From Raillietiella orientalis (taxonomy: Eukaryota): 64,000 nt of DNA. This document shows, one piece after another, positions 12,701 through 25,100 of the stretch. Each line of letters starts with the position of its first letter. Position 1 is the first letter of the stretch. The notes under the pieces were generated by a model. That model searched no databases, was not told the DNA's origin, and worked only from the letters and a program-made list of their open reading frames with translations. The stretch covers positions 3,348,001 to 3,412,000 of the forward strand of contig JAYWIR010000012.1 of the NCBI GenBank assembly GCA_036172245.1. The letters are read 5' to 3'. Made by a program: the position numbers and the translations under genes.

Positions 12701-12828
12701 ATCTTTAACATTGCTGTGCTTGGATTGTTGTCCTTCCTGCATAGAAGGATATTTGTCAGCAGCAAAGAAAGAACCTACATGTTTCATCAATAAAGAAGCA
12801 GAACTTTCTGGATGACAGTCCAAATTGA
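9754..12828 (+). CDS. ric-3: RIC-3 nicotinic acetylcholine receptor chaperone
   Basis: Exons 9754-9892 (KTIAVLAIVIGCFAILCPKIFFPM), 11267-11349, 11395-11526 (GSGSLGIIMPLYTLGILIFFVYTLLK), 11583-11730 and 12027-12154 (coiled coil EEISYLRHRLAETETVIQRMM) join in phase with GT-AG introns. The acidic 3' exons (about 12240-12828) are less certain. Confidence 0.9.
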
Positions 12829-15179
12829 TTTCTTGGATGTCATCTATCAGTAGTGCCACATTCAGTTTGATATGACAATGATAACAGTGTGCCCTAAACA
12901 TTCTCAGTTAACTTCATAGCAGCGTTTGAAGTGTATCACTTTTATTTCTTATAAGTAAATATGAAATAAATGTAACAATTGTAACAACTAACTAATTCTG
13001 TTTGGGCAATGGTTTGTTCTCTTATATTGCTTCTCAACCTTTTGCCTAAGATCAAACTGGGCTGTAAAAACAGTATCTTTAATTGGAACAAGAAAAAGTC
13101 TGCCACTACATTAGTGAAGAACTTTTTTCCCCTATCAAACATTTTATGCTGTTATTTACCTAGCACACGTGCTCGTAAAAATATGGGTAAATTTTTAATT
13201 ATGCGATGAACTTATTACATATCTGTCTTTGTATAAGGTAAAGAAATATGTGAACAGTTTATGAGATAAGTTAAATAACCGTATTAGGATTATAATTATG
13301 ATGACGTAAAGGCAGAAAGACACCAAGTATACTTCATGCAAGAAAGAGTAGATTCTTCCGAAATTCTGAAGAAGTTTTCGAAGGGAATTTCTTATTGTAT
13401 TTTTGCTTTGAATCGAATTTTGTTAAAAAGCATTCGATATTTATGCTTTAAGTGTGATTTGTTTGTAAACAGCCTGTTTGATGAAAACCTGCTAAAGGGA
13501 CTGCATCTTTCACCACTAGCTGTCATTACAAGATTTCAAACTTGCAAACCAAGTTTAAAAACAATCTTGAAAAACATCATTGTGTGTTATCTCAGTCATT
13601 TCAGTAATGAAGTATCAGTGTCTGTTTCACTTCATGTTCAAAGCTGTGTTTTTTTATTTCACAATTTCTGTTTTGATGATAACAACAGACATAAAAGTAG
13701 GACATGTGAATTCGCCTTCTTTCGTTGCATGCAAATTAATTGGAAGAATACATAAAGCGAATCGCATAAGTCATTATATTTGAAACACTCCTTGCTACTC
13801 AAAATATTTGTTTTGTCTTGAGAAGCAGCCAAAATAAAACTCTTTCTCATGCTGTTTTACGAATCTTTGCACCGTTCTCTGCATGAAAATTACAGGACAG
13901 ATGAAGTGGGCATAGTTGGTTGAAATTTCAGTATTTTTGAATCCAAGGTGATACCTGTCAGTCCTTTCCTTTCTTATGCATAATGGGATGCCCTGTGAAA
14001 TAATTAAAAGGTTAAAGATGAATTTTGAAAAGAATGTTACTCCACATGCAAGACTTGCTAATATGTTTACATTGAATTTACTACATCTGCCACATTTGTA
14101 GACCATGAATTTCCAAACTAATAAACAGGAGATTCAAGTATAGATTATACAAACTGTGCCTGTACACATTGTTACTCAGGTGCAGATGTAATAGCGTGTG
14201 TATATAGTTCCTCAAACAAAGGAGCTAACAGACAGCCTGAGCAAGGGAGGTATCTATGCAGAATTGATATATTATCCATGTGTCCTAAATTAAGGAGTCC
14301 TTTTATCATAGGAATGAATCATTTTAAAACTTTAATGGATTATGAAAAGGACCGCTGTTACTTGCTGGGAAACTGCAGTGGAGCTCCTTTTGCTGTTCAG
14401 CTCTCTTGTATTCACAATGCAGGCAAGTGGCCATGCAAGCCGAGCACGGGTCAGCCTTCGAGGTTTCTGGGGGCTGTCATGGCCTTGAGGCATGCTTGTC
14501 ATGGGCAGCAGAGGTTGCCACAGCCGTGTGAAGCCGCCAAGAAAGTGTTATCGGTGCTCAAGTTGCCGAAAGGGCAGCAGGGACACGGTGATCCCGCTTT
14601 TCCATTTCCGTGTTGATGAGTAACACTTTGCCTCCAAATGAGCTCCGGTGCCATATCATTTATTTATTCTTTGATCATCCCAATATTTGGGCGAGTTGAT
14701 GAATGTGATGGAACACGATGAATTCCTCAAATTATTTCACCTTTTCATTCATTCATGACTAATTGAAACACGCACTGCTGGGGACGAAACAGCGTTTCAT
14801 CCTTACGCTCAACTTTCATAAGGAAGATGAAGCCAAACATAATTGTCCGAATCAATTATGAAGGGCAAAATAATTCGATTCAGTAACGGAATATCTTGTG
14901 AGGTACAACGTGCGTTTCCAGATCCCGGTATGCAGACAGCACGCAATTAGAAGCCATTATTTCCGGCTACAACTCCTTGTGTGCTGATAAATTATGTATT
15001 CATTCATGAATTTTTTTGAGGCAAGGTGAGGGCGCTTTGCAAGTTAGATTTCAGGAATTTTCCCAAGAGATTTCGGCTTTGTTAACAAGCAAAAAGAGAT
15101 GTAAGGATGAAAACCAGGAAGTGGAACTCATTTCAATTAATTTGCATGCTTACGTGAAGCTTACATCATGAAACTGGTA

Positions 15180-15900
15180 CCAAGTTCAAAGAAATTCCAA
15201 AAGCCAGCATAGGAAAGGGAAGGGATCGCTGTTTGCTGGAGAGCGTCCTCTGCATCCTTTCCAGGATGCCGTCCCGGTTCCATCCGAGTATGCCCTAGGG
15301 GGGGCATCTTGCTGCTGTCCGCAGGAAACGAAGGGCAAAGGGCAGATGGCATTCTTATTGCGCCGTCCTCTTCCAATGGCGTCGCTCCAGGCCTCCACAA
15401 TCCTGCGTGGGCAGCAAAGAGCTGCTGGGGATGCGGCAGACGAAAGAGCATCGCACACGAAGAAGCACTTCGTAACGTCCCTGGGATTGTCCGTCGGTTC
15501 CCCAAGGGCCGTTGCGAGACGCAACCACAGGGACTGGAGGGCAACACGGTCTACAAGCAGGTGCGGGAGGAGAGGGATTTTCGTTTCCCTCGCCTGCAAC
15601 AGTTGGGGTCCGCAGCCCCCGGGTCCAGTGAGACCAGCGAGCGTTGCACGGTATGCCCCAGCGCAACAGCAGTAGTGCCGACTCCTGCCACTATTCAGGG
15701 TGAGGGTCCGGTTGTAGTGGGCCTGTTGGTCTCGAGTGGCCCCGTGCGGTCGATCCCTCAGTGGCGAACACCCCGCTCACCACAGGGCGCGCACACCGAA
15801 CGGACTCTGGGGTGAGCTGCTGGGAATCCCACAGGGAGACCTCGAGTAGCCCCCAGCGGACGAGTAGGCCCTCAGGGACACTACCGTATACAATCCAATG
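15180..15900 (-). mobile_element. L1/Tx1-type LINE 3' fragment
   Basis: Reverse complement is collinear with 1-425 plus 1296-1450 and includes the PHLLVD knuckle region. Confidence 0.8.
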
Positions 15901-18900
15901 CACGTCCACTAAGCATATTCAGGGGTATGCTACGCTCTTTGGGCTTGCAGAGTAAAAGAGAGTTGGCAAATCGGAACAACTTTAAAGTGCCATGTGGACA
16001 CCTTCGTTTATTGAAAGAACTTGCAGCACATTTCCAACATCTCCAAGTGGCCGCGGTTGGGATCCCAAAGGACAGTCGGTACTGCTCCTACCTGTGACCA
16101 ATCTGCAAAGGGACATACAGCATCAGTGCTGTGGAATGCAAGGACGCTCCGTAGAGAATGGGATCATAGAGGGAGACGTCCCGTGCGAACAACACCAATC
16201 GTGTGAGTGGAGATGAAATAAAGAATCCTTTTGGTTCGAACGAACTTCTCTTGCGAGCGATAGCCTGAAGTATGGATGATCTGAAGGAAAATAGCAATGC
16301 AGTCAATAAGACAAAGTGAGATTCAACGATCTTTGAACCGAACGAACCGTAGGAACCATAAGCAACAGATATATTGACTGATTGCCCAGGAAGTGAACTC
16401 TCCCATTCCTTGTGTGATAGGGTAGGAAAATATATGCCTTGCTGTTCGTGGGTTTTGCCGTAGGTCACTTGTGGACATACTTTTGCCTCACAAAAAGTCG
16501 ATCAGACCTTCGATTTTTTTGTTTCTCGGTTCAGGGTTCTTCTTAAAGCAGGAGGGAGGATCTTTGAGATTGTGGAGTAGCTCTGTCTTGAGGCGCACTT
16601 AAGACTGCATCCCAGAGCCGTGTGAATTTTCCAGAATGTGTGCAAAAAGGATGTTTCCGAAAAGCCTGGGAAGGTAGAAAACATCAAAAATTGGCCATTG
16701 AACAAAATGGCTTCAATTACACTCACGAATGAAGTAGTCTGTGCCTCTCAGCAAGACATATATCGTGATTTGAATGCCGAAACGTGATATCCAAAGTCCT
16801 CATCTACTATCAGATAGACCCAATAAAAAACACCAGGAATGTTAAGAGTAGGGAGGAGAACTGAGCTGCTGTGTGCTCGATTCTTGGTCGCCTTGCGTCC
16901 ACGTGCTTTTCGTCGATTAAAAGGCTCGATCATTTGACTGTAGAGCACGGATTTTTCCTTTCCTTCCCCTTTTTTTTGGGTTTGAAATTAATTATCGGAG
17001 CAAGAACTGAGAATTCCGGTCCAGTACTTAAACAGGCATCGTAAGGATTCTAGGTTTACTTGAAAAAGATGATACTGCATAGCCTGGCGCCGCTTGAATC
17101 TCCATGAGATGGAAGATGTATTCTCGAGTATTGTCAGAAAAGACGAAGTTCTGTTACCACAAAGAGATCTTCTATTTCGTTATTTGTACTTGCACTTCAG
17201 CGTGCTTTATTGGCGTCTGTTCGAAACGTATGAACCTGATTCATCTCAACATCACCCGTGAATATCTTGAAGATCAATCGGTTGCCGAATGGTATATGAC
17301 CTATTTTGGGTTTTCTTTCTTTTTTTTTTTTTTTTCTTTGAGTGAACTTTTGATTGCCAATCGACCGAAGGCCCATCCACAGCAGTCAGCTCGCTTCAAA
17401 GGATAGCAATATTCTGCCTCGTGCCTTCAGAATCGATCCTTCGAGATCGTAGCCGATGCCTTTCTCCAGAAATGATGCATTTCAATGTCACTTGAAATGG
17501 AGCTTTCGTACCAGATCCTAGATCGCCACACCACTCTTACCTCAGAAAATGATCAGAGGCAACAGAGAGGAATAATAAAAACGCACAGAAAAACGAGCAG
17601 GTTGCTGCTGAGGTATCCTCTTATCGGAAAGGCATACTCCTTCCTCCTGGGAATTACTGTTGCCTTGCCGGGTATATTCCCCACAAGAGGCAACATTTTG
17701 GGTATTTTCCAGGCATGCCCTAAGACGAACCAAAAGCGCGCATGGATAGGTTTTTGGAAAACTGTAGAATTAAGATTCGGTACTTTCAACCATCTGGAGT
17801 CATGTTCCATAGGAGATGACCAGCGTGGAACATTTGGAGTCGTGTACACTAGAAGATGGTCATCGATAGGTTTCGTTCTCAAGGCTTTGCAAGTGGGATG
17901 CAAGGGGAATTTCTGGAGAGGAATCTGAAGCATTCGGGGATATGATGCCCTCAAAAGCCATCGGTTACTGAGAGAAAAACTCTTTTGTCATCTGTCACCA
18001 GGAGCCTCAAGTGCATCGCTAAAGAAGACGCGTTAAGCACGGGGAACCGGATTCCGGGACGTCTTAGGAGGCGCCGATGAGGTTGGCGGTAGCCAAGTAC
18101 CTCCTCTTCAGGGTGCCGCCAGGCGGTCGGAGAAATGAGGAGATAGAAGGAAGGAGAGTCTCTCCCGTCGGCGAGATGGATGGTGTAGGGGCGGGGACGA
18201 ATGCAGGCTGCACGAAAGGCACAGCGGTGGGTCCTGGCGTAGTGGAGGCAACGAGAGCCTTCGCTCTGAGCCTGCGCTCTCTTTCCGAAGGAGTGAAGGA
18301 GCTCTTGAGCGAAGCGACCGGGCGCGAATCCAACGGCTTATCGTCCCGGGCGGTGCGTATGGGGGAAGCAGACGCGGGACATCTTCCCGCGTCTCCTACC
18401 CTCTCCTCCTCCCTGAGTGACTCGTCTCAGGAGATGGAGGGCTGACGCGACTCTTCTCTGCCCAGGAGAGAAGAGACGGGTGGGCTAATAGGACACTCAA
18501 TGGGTCCACCCTTCCTCATTTACCTGTGGGTTCCGGCTTCGACTGAAGGAAGCCGAAACCCACAGGGTTGTCCCCCACATGGAGGAATAGAGAGGGCATC
18601 CTTTGAGTGTGTGGGGGAGGGGGACTTTCCATAGAGGCCAGAACAGAGAAAGCGAAAACAAGGGAGAAAAGGAGGGAGAGGGTGAGACACACTGGGTATT
18701 CCAGGAAGAGGCTCCCTCTGTGGGTTTTGCGCTCACGCTAAAGTGCTTGCCGAGCTCTAGCCCAGCAATCGGCGAAAGAGGGGCGGTGAGGAACACGAAA
18801 GGGAGGAGTAGGAGAATGGGGGAGGAAGGAGGTTGAGAGTTGGGGTTGGTTGGCGTGATCAGAAAATTCGTCCCTCCGCACCGAATCTCTGGGATACCGG

Positions 18901-19196
18901 CTTCGAGCAGCTTCTATTGACCTACAGGGGACAACTCCAGGAGGGTTGCGGTTTCCCTGGGAAGGCGGGAAAAACGGAGGGAGGGAAGGAGTCTGTTTTT
19001 TTTTTCTAAAAGAGGAGTGTCCTTTCTGGTCCCGGTGAGGGCGCAAGACCAGAGCCGCGCAGCTTCGGCAGCGGAAGAGCCTTGTGCGCACGCGCGTGGT
19101 TGCGTCGACTTGGGCGTGGGCGCGGGGAGGAAAAATCTCCGTGAGCGCTGTGGGCTCGGAGAGTGCAAGGCTGTGGGTGGGGCCAGACGGCAGCCG

Positions 19197-22100
19197 ATGG
19201 ACCTGCGAAAGGCGCGAAGGATCCGGCGCCACTCCTCCGGGAAGCGCACCACCACGTGCAGAGCAATCCTGCTCGCGACCCAGATCCACCCGTTGGTCAT
19301 GTTCGTCAGCAGCCGCTCCGCTGGGGAGCGCGCCTTCTGGACCGCCATCGGTCTCTGCATGCTCGCTCTCTTCATCTCCGAGGTGTTCAACATCATCTCG
19401 ATGCCCACGGAGCTGTTCGTGGGGATACGGAAGCCCCTCCCGGGGGTCAACTCCAAGTTCTTCCCGTCGGTCGTCGTGTGCTCCTCGTCCCCGTTGCGCG
19501 AGCAAACTCCCGGTAAGGTTCCCTCCCTCCCTCACCCCCATCTTCGTTCTTTCTCGCCTCTATCCCCTCTCCTTCCCTCGACGCTCGTTCCTTCATGTCC
19601 GTTCCGCCTCCTCCATTCCTCCCTCTTCCTCCTCCCTTCCTTCCTACCACTTCCTCCCCCTCCTCCATTCCTTCTTCTCCTCCTCCTCCCTCCCCACTTC
19701 TTCTCCTCTTCTTCTTCTATTCCCTCTTTTTTCCATTCTCCTATTCTTCCATTTTTCTCTTCCTCTTCCTCCTCCATCCCCTCTTCCGCCCATTCTCATA
19801 TTCCTCCTCCTCAATTCCTCCCTTTTTCCTCCCTTCCCTCCTTCCTCTTCTTCCCCCTCCTCTTTTCCTCCACTATTCTCTCCCCCCCCCCTCATTACCA
19901 CACTCCTCCTTCTCCTCCCTTCCTCAATCTATTTTCCCTCCCTATTATCCTATTCCTCCCTTTTGCGTTGCTCACCGTCCCCTCTTTCGTCGATTGCTGC
20001 CAGAGCTCGACAAGCACTTCAACGGGAGCGAGAAAACCTACCTCTCCCTAGCCGTGCTGGGATTCTGGAGCAGCTCCTCTCTGGGTAGGAACACAGGCTC
20101 TTCGCTGTACTACGAGAGCTGGTACCCTCAAGCTCTGAAAACCTCGAGGATGACCATCGACGAGATCGTGGACCACATGAGCTGGAGGCGAGTACCATAC
20201 GATCAGTGGGAGGGGAAGGAGGGAGGAGGGAGCGACGCGTGGTAGCGGTGCGGTGAAGAGAGCACGTTCTTCCCCGGCCTAGAAGGAGGGAGGGGAAGGA
20301 CTCCTCCCTATTTTTCCGCTCCTCTGGAGAGTCGGGGGTGGGGTGGCGTAATAGGCTGCAGGCGCGTGCGCTTCCCCCTTTCCTATTAGTCAGTCCCTCA
20401 GGTGCGAGGACCTCATCCTCGGCTGCAGGAAGCCGTACGGGGAGCAGATGTCTTCCCATGAGTGCTGTCGTTCGTACTTTAACACGTCTGTGTACACGGC
20501 GTATGGGAGGTGCTTCTCCAGCGTGGACGTGGACGTCCCCTACGAGGGGGATAGCCACTACTCTCACATCATGGTGTACCTCAGCATTCGCAGGAATACG
20601 TGTGAGTCTTCCGCCGCCTGAAGGTCAACCCTCCGCCCTCCCTCACCCTTTTCTCCGCCGCCGCAGTCCAGAGTGACTCCCTGGAGGAGGGACAGAGGGG
20701 GATGGTCCGCTCCTCCGCGAGCGGCTCCGGTTGGTTCCAGCCGTTGAGAGAGAGGGTGGAGTGAGGGTTGGGGGAGGGAGACGGGGGCACTTCTTCCCCT
20801 CCGTTGCCGCTTTGCGGAGAGGGCGCAGCGGTCCGACAAGAAAAATTCCGGAAACGACTGGTATCCCGGGACCGCTCCGACGCATGGAGACTGCCCAAGC
20901 AAAGCAGGGCTGGAGCTGCGGCCTCTTCTCTCTATCGTCAGTAGGGCGGGGTTAAGGTGGGAAACACCGCATTGGGAAGGGCTCTCCCATCCTCTCTGCT
21001 CCTCGCTCTCGACCCCTCCGTCGGAGACAGGAACGACTCGATCTCGAGCCTCGCACTGACTCTGTGACCGAAGGTTGGAGGGGGCGGGGCGCATTCCGGA
21101 GGTAATGAAAACCTCCTCTTCTGTCCATCCTACTTTTTCCACCCCCGTTTTTTTCCTCCTCCCGCCTGTTCCAGGGATAGACAGGAGCATCCTGGGTTTG
21201 TTCGCCGAGCACGAGCAGTTCCCCATCTTTCTGCCGTCCACGAACTGGCTGCCCATCCTCTTGATGAAGGATGCTGTGGCCGTCTCCGGGAAGATCACGG
21301 AAATCTCCATCAAGGACTACACGGTGAGTGAGCCCTGCTCCCCTTTCTTCCCCCATGGGCGCTCCCTCTCATCCGGGTCCCGCGTCTTCCCGGGCGTAGC
21401 GTCGGGTTCCCCTCAGAGAGCCGGTGGGCTCTCTTGCCGGGCCACCTATCGAGGAGGAGGAAGAGGAGGAGCAACAGTTCCTCCAACCGGCACCGCAAGA
21501 AGGGCAATGATCCCTTCAACCCCGCGGGCTTCCGGACGGGGAAGGACTCCCAGAGGCGGCTCCCCCTACTCCCCCTTTCTCCCGGAGGGGTGGAGGTGAT
21601 TCCTCGGGTGGGAGGAAGGGAAGGGAACACCGGTGGATGCTGTGAAGCGCTGGGGATCTCCATGTTCCCCAGAGCAAGGAGCTGCGAAAGATCAGAGCAT
21701 CCTCCATAGACCTCTCCAGGTCATCCCTGGTTACCCGGAACTCCCTTTCCTTCCCCTTCCCTTCTGCATTCAGGATCTGCGAACTCTTCTCTAGGAAGGG
21801 AATGGGCGACCTCTCAATCTCCCTCCTTCTCCACGGAGCAGGAGTTTCTCTACCTAGATCTCTGGGAGTGACACCTCCCGCAGCCTCGTTCACTCTCCAG
21901 GAAGTGCTCGGAGTCCGTTCCTCTCACTCTTGGGGAGAGATCCCCCCGGAAGGGGGGGATCGCACCTTCCACCCTGATTGTCTCCAAAGGGGAACCCCGA
22001 AGGGAATCTCCTTCCTCATTCTCTCCGGATTGACACCCCCCTCTAATGGGGAGGGTCTGTTGTCTCCATTTCAACTTCTCCGAAGGGAACCCGGAAAGGA

Positions 22101-25100
22101 TCCGCTTGTAGAAATTTCTTCTCCGGAGAGAACCCGCAAGGTAATCGCTCCTGTTCACTCCTCTGAAGAGAACCCCGAAGGGACGCCTCCTAAACTCAGA
22201 AGAGGCGCTGCAGCTTCCCGCAGGGGAATAGCTCTCGCTTGCTTCCTTGCACTCTGTGAAGAGGCGACGACTCGGAGGGTTCCCCCGCAACAGGAGGGTT
22301 CCGCTCCTTTGAACAACTGGAGAGGTGCCCTTGAGGGCTCCTGCTCCATCTAGAAACCGGAGGGGTCCTCTGGTGAGGGGAATCCGCTCTCCGTTGCACG
22401 ACCGGAGGGGGAACTCCCCACTCCTTTATTCGTGGGAAGACCCGAAGGTCGACTCACATTGTTCCGATCTTCATCAGGGACCTCCGGCTTTATCCACCGC
22501 CGGTGCCACCCACGAATGATTAGGCCAACCAGCGCCGTTGCAGGAGAAACTCGGAACCTGCTCTCGTTCACACTGCTCTCGCCTGCCCCTTTCCCCTTCC
22601 TTTGCGACTGTGCTCTCCGGCGAACACGTTCGGAAGAAACCCGAGGAACGTAGGGGGAGGATTGCAGCAGATGGGTGAGAAAAGATAGGAACCTCGTCGA
22701 GAGGGAGGGCAGGTGAAAGCATTCTGGATAGACTCCCTCGGGGGAAACCGCCAACCAGGGAAGCTTTCTCTAGGTCGGGTTCCTCCCGGTGAAGGGCAGC
22801 TCTGGGAGGCCCTCGGAGCGCAGGGGACTCTTCGAAGGCTCGTTAAGGCTCCAAGAGAGGAAAGGAAGAGGAACGCTGGGGGAACGAGCTCGTCTCCCTA
22901 ATTTCCCTCATCCTCCTCCAGGTGGACATCACGTCCGTTCGCAGGAAGGTGTCCTTGAGGTGGAAGAATGACCAGCTTACCCTTCTGGACAACCTACAAG
23001 AGATGAGGCTCAGGAAGAACGCGAGCCGCTGCGAGGACTCCCGGAAATGGTCCGAGAGGATCGTGGCCACCTTGGACTGCGAGCCCATCTTCGTACCCAA
23101 GACAGGTAACTAAGGAGACGCCGAAACAAGAGGAGTATAGGGATGAGGAAAAGAGGGAGAGAAAAGAAGAAGGTTCATAATACCCGGGGGAGCCTCCTCT
23201 TCCTCCTCCATCCCTTCTTTCCTCCTCAAAGGTTCTTTCCGCACCACACTGCGCACCCTTGCCGGGAGGAAGACCTCAGGGGGAGCGTTTCCATGTAACC
23301 GGGAATGCAACAGGATATACTCGCGCCACCGCCTCGGAGGTAGCGGCAGCCTCCAAAGCAGTAGGCATGGCAGCCAAGAGAAGGGATCCCCCCTTGAGAA
23401 AGGGGGAGGATTGGAAAGGGGGGGGAGGTCGCTCTCTTTCCATGAACGCTCGCCATCGGACTGCTTTGAGGACGGATGGGGAAGGTCACGGAGTCTGGGA
23501 AGAGAGACACGCGAGCATGTCATCCTTTCACCAACCGTCTCCTGAGAATTCTCCAGCATCCGGAGCAGGCATAGGAGGGAGAAGGAGCAGCAGCGGCAGA
23601 GATCGAGCCTGCCGGTGGCCCCTGGTGGATTTTCCCTCCTCCCCTTCTCTTCCTTCCTCTTCTGGGGAAATTCGTCGGTCGGACCTACACACGGCTCACC
23701 ACCACTCTCCCTCTGTCTCTACAAATTCTTAAAACATGTGGGGAGGTTCGGGAAGAAGGGGAGGGAAACGGGAAGGAAAGGAGGAAAACGTCCCGTCTCG
23801 GCCGCGCAAACTTCAAGGGAAGGAGGGACAAAGAGAACACTGCAGAAGTACGGCGGAAGGGCCTGGGATGGCATCCTCTCAGCAAAGAGGTTCCTGCCTG
23901 GCTTTCCAGGAGGAGGGGACCCACAGAAGAGGCAAGGAGCCTTCTTGGTGGCGCCCCAGACGGGAGGGTCCTCGTTTCCTCCTCCTCCCCCCATCTATGC
24001 CACCTGCGGATGCTAACGGGGAAGCTGATCCCCTTCCCCTTTCTTGCCGCGGCCATCCTGGAATCTGGAGCGATTTTGGGTAAACGGCCTTCCTGGAGGA
24101 CCGCATGCCGTCTCCAGCTCCATCACCCTTCTCCTCCTCCCCTTTCCCAGCTTTGTCCCTTGAGCGTCGCATCGGTCGTGCTGCTCCGCTCTTGTTGCTG
24201 ATGATGCTTCTTCTGACATCTTCGGCGCCCTGCAGCCCTCCCCTGCGTTTGTCTCTGAGGCTCAGGGCAAGGCGGGAGCACCGCCGGCGACCTCCTGCGG
24301 ATAACCGTGCGGAGACCTGAAGCTGTCTGCACCCCCAGGGAAGAGGACCCCCAAGGAGACCTGCTCTCCGCATCAGATCTTCAAGCTTTTCTACGACACT
24401 GGGATCATCTGGAAGAACCTGAAGGGTGAGCCACGCCTTCTTTCCTCCCCCCTGCTCCTGCCCTCAGGCGGCGTCTCGCAGAGATCTGCGCCATCAATCC
24501 GCCCTCCTTCAGGGTATCGACGTACGAATTCGATCCGGGCATCTTCAAGACCGGGGTCCTTCCGGCCACGTCCAGAGATAGGTGAGGCGCTTCTTTCCCC
24601 CCCCCCCTCCCTCCTTCTCCTTGAGTCCGTTTTCCTGCCCTCCCTCCTCTCAATTCGCGGAGATGCCCACTGGGATAGAGAAGGCGGAAGCTCCGGGTAA
24701 CGAGGCATCCCTACCGTGGCGGGCAGGCGGGAGACGCGTGGTCTCTTTGGAGGCGCTCGAGAGTGGGCAGAGGGCCCGTCCTCTTATCTCGCGGGCACGC
24801 GAGTGCTTCCCCCTTCCCGGAGGACCCTCGGAGGTCTTGCAGGGTCTCCCCTCAAGCAGCGGCGACAGCAGCTATCCCCACGATGCTGTCCGCGACGCGA
24901 GCGAGAGGGCGAGGCCGGGAAAAAGCGGGAGGAACCGCCGTAGATGACTCTTCCTGCCAAGGCGAGCACGGAAATTCGGGGACTTTTCAACCTCTCTTGT
25001 TCCGAGGAGCTCGAGATGCGAAAACAGACTGCTGGATTTTTCCAGTGCGTTGAACCGGCAAAAAGGATTCTACTTAGGGGGTCCCTTCGCATGGATGTCA

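Noticed and set aside
16000..18010. Possible transposase remains (YLIVDE; FIGVCSKRMNL)
   Set aside because: Too decayed to support a call without a profile search.
19017..20245. Long Pro/Ser/Leu/Phe-rich ORFs of 216-344 aa
   Set aside because: Read-through of the polypyrimidine intron; only the exon parts are coding.
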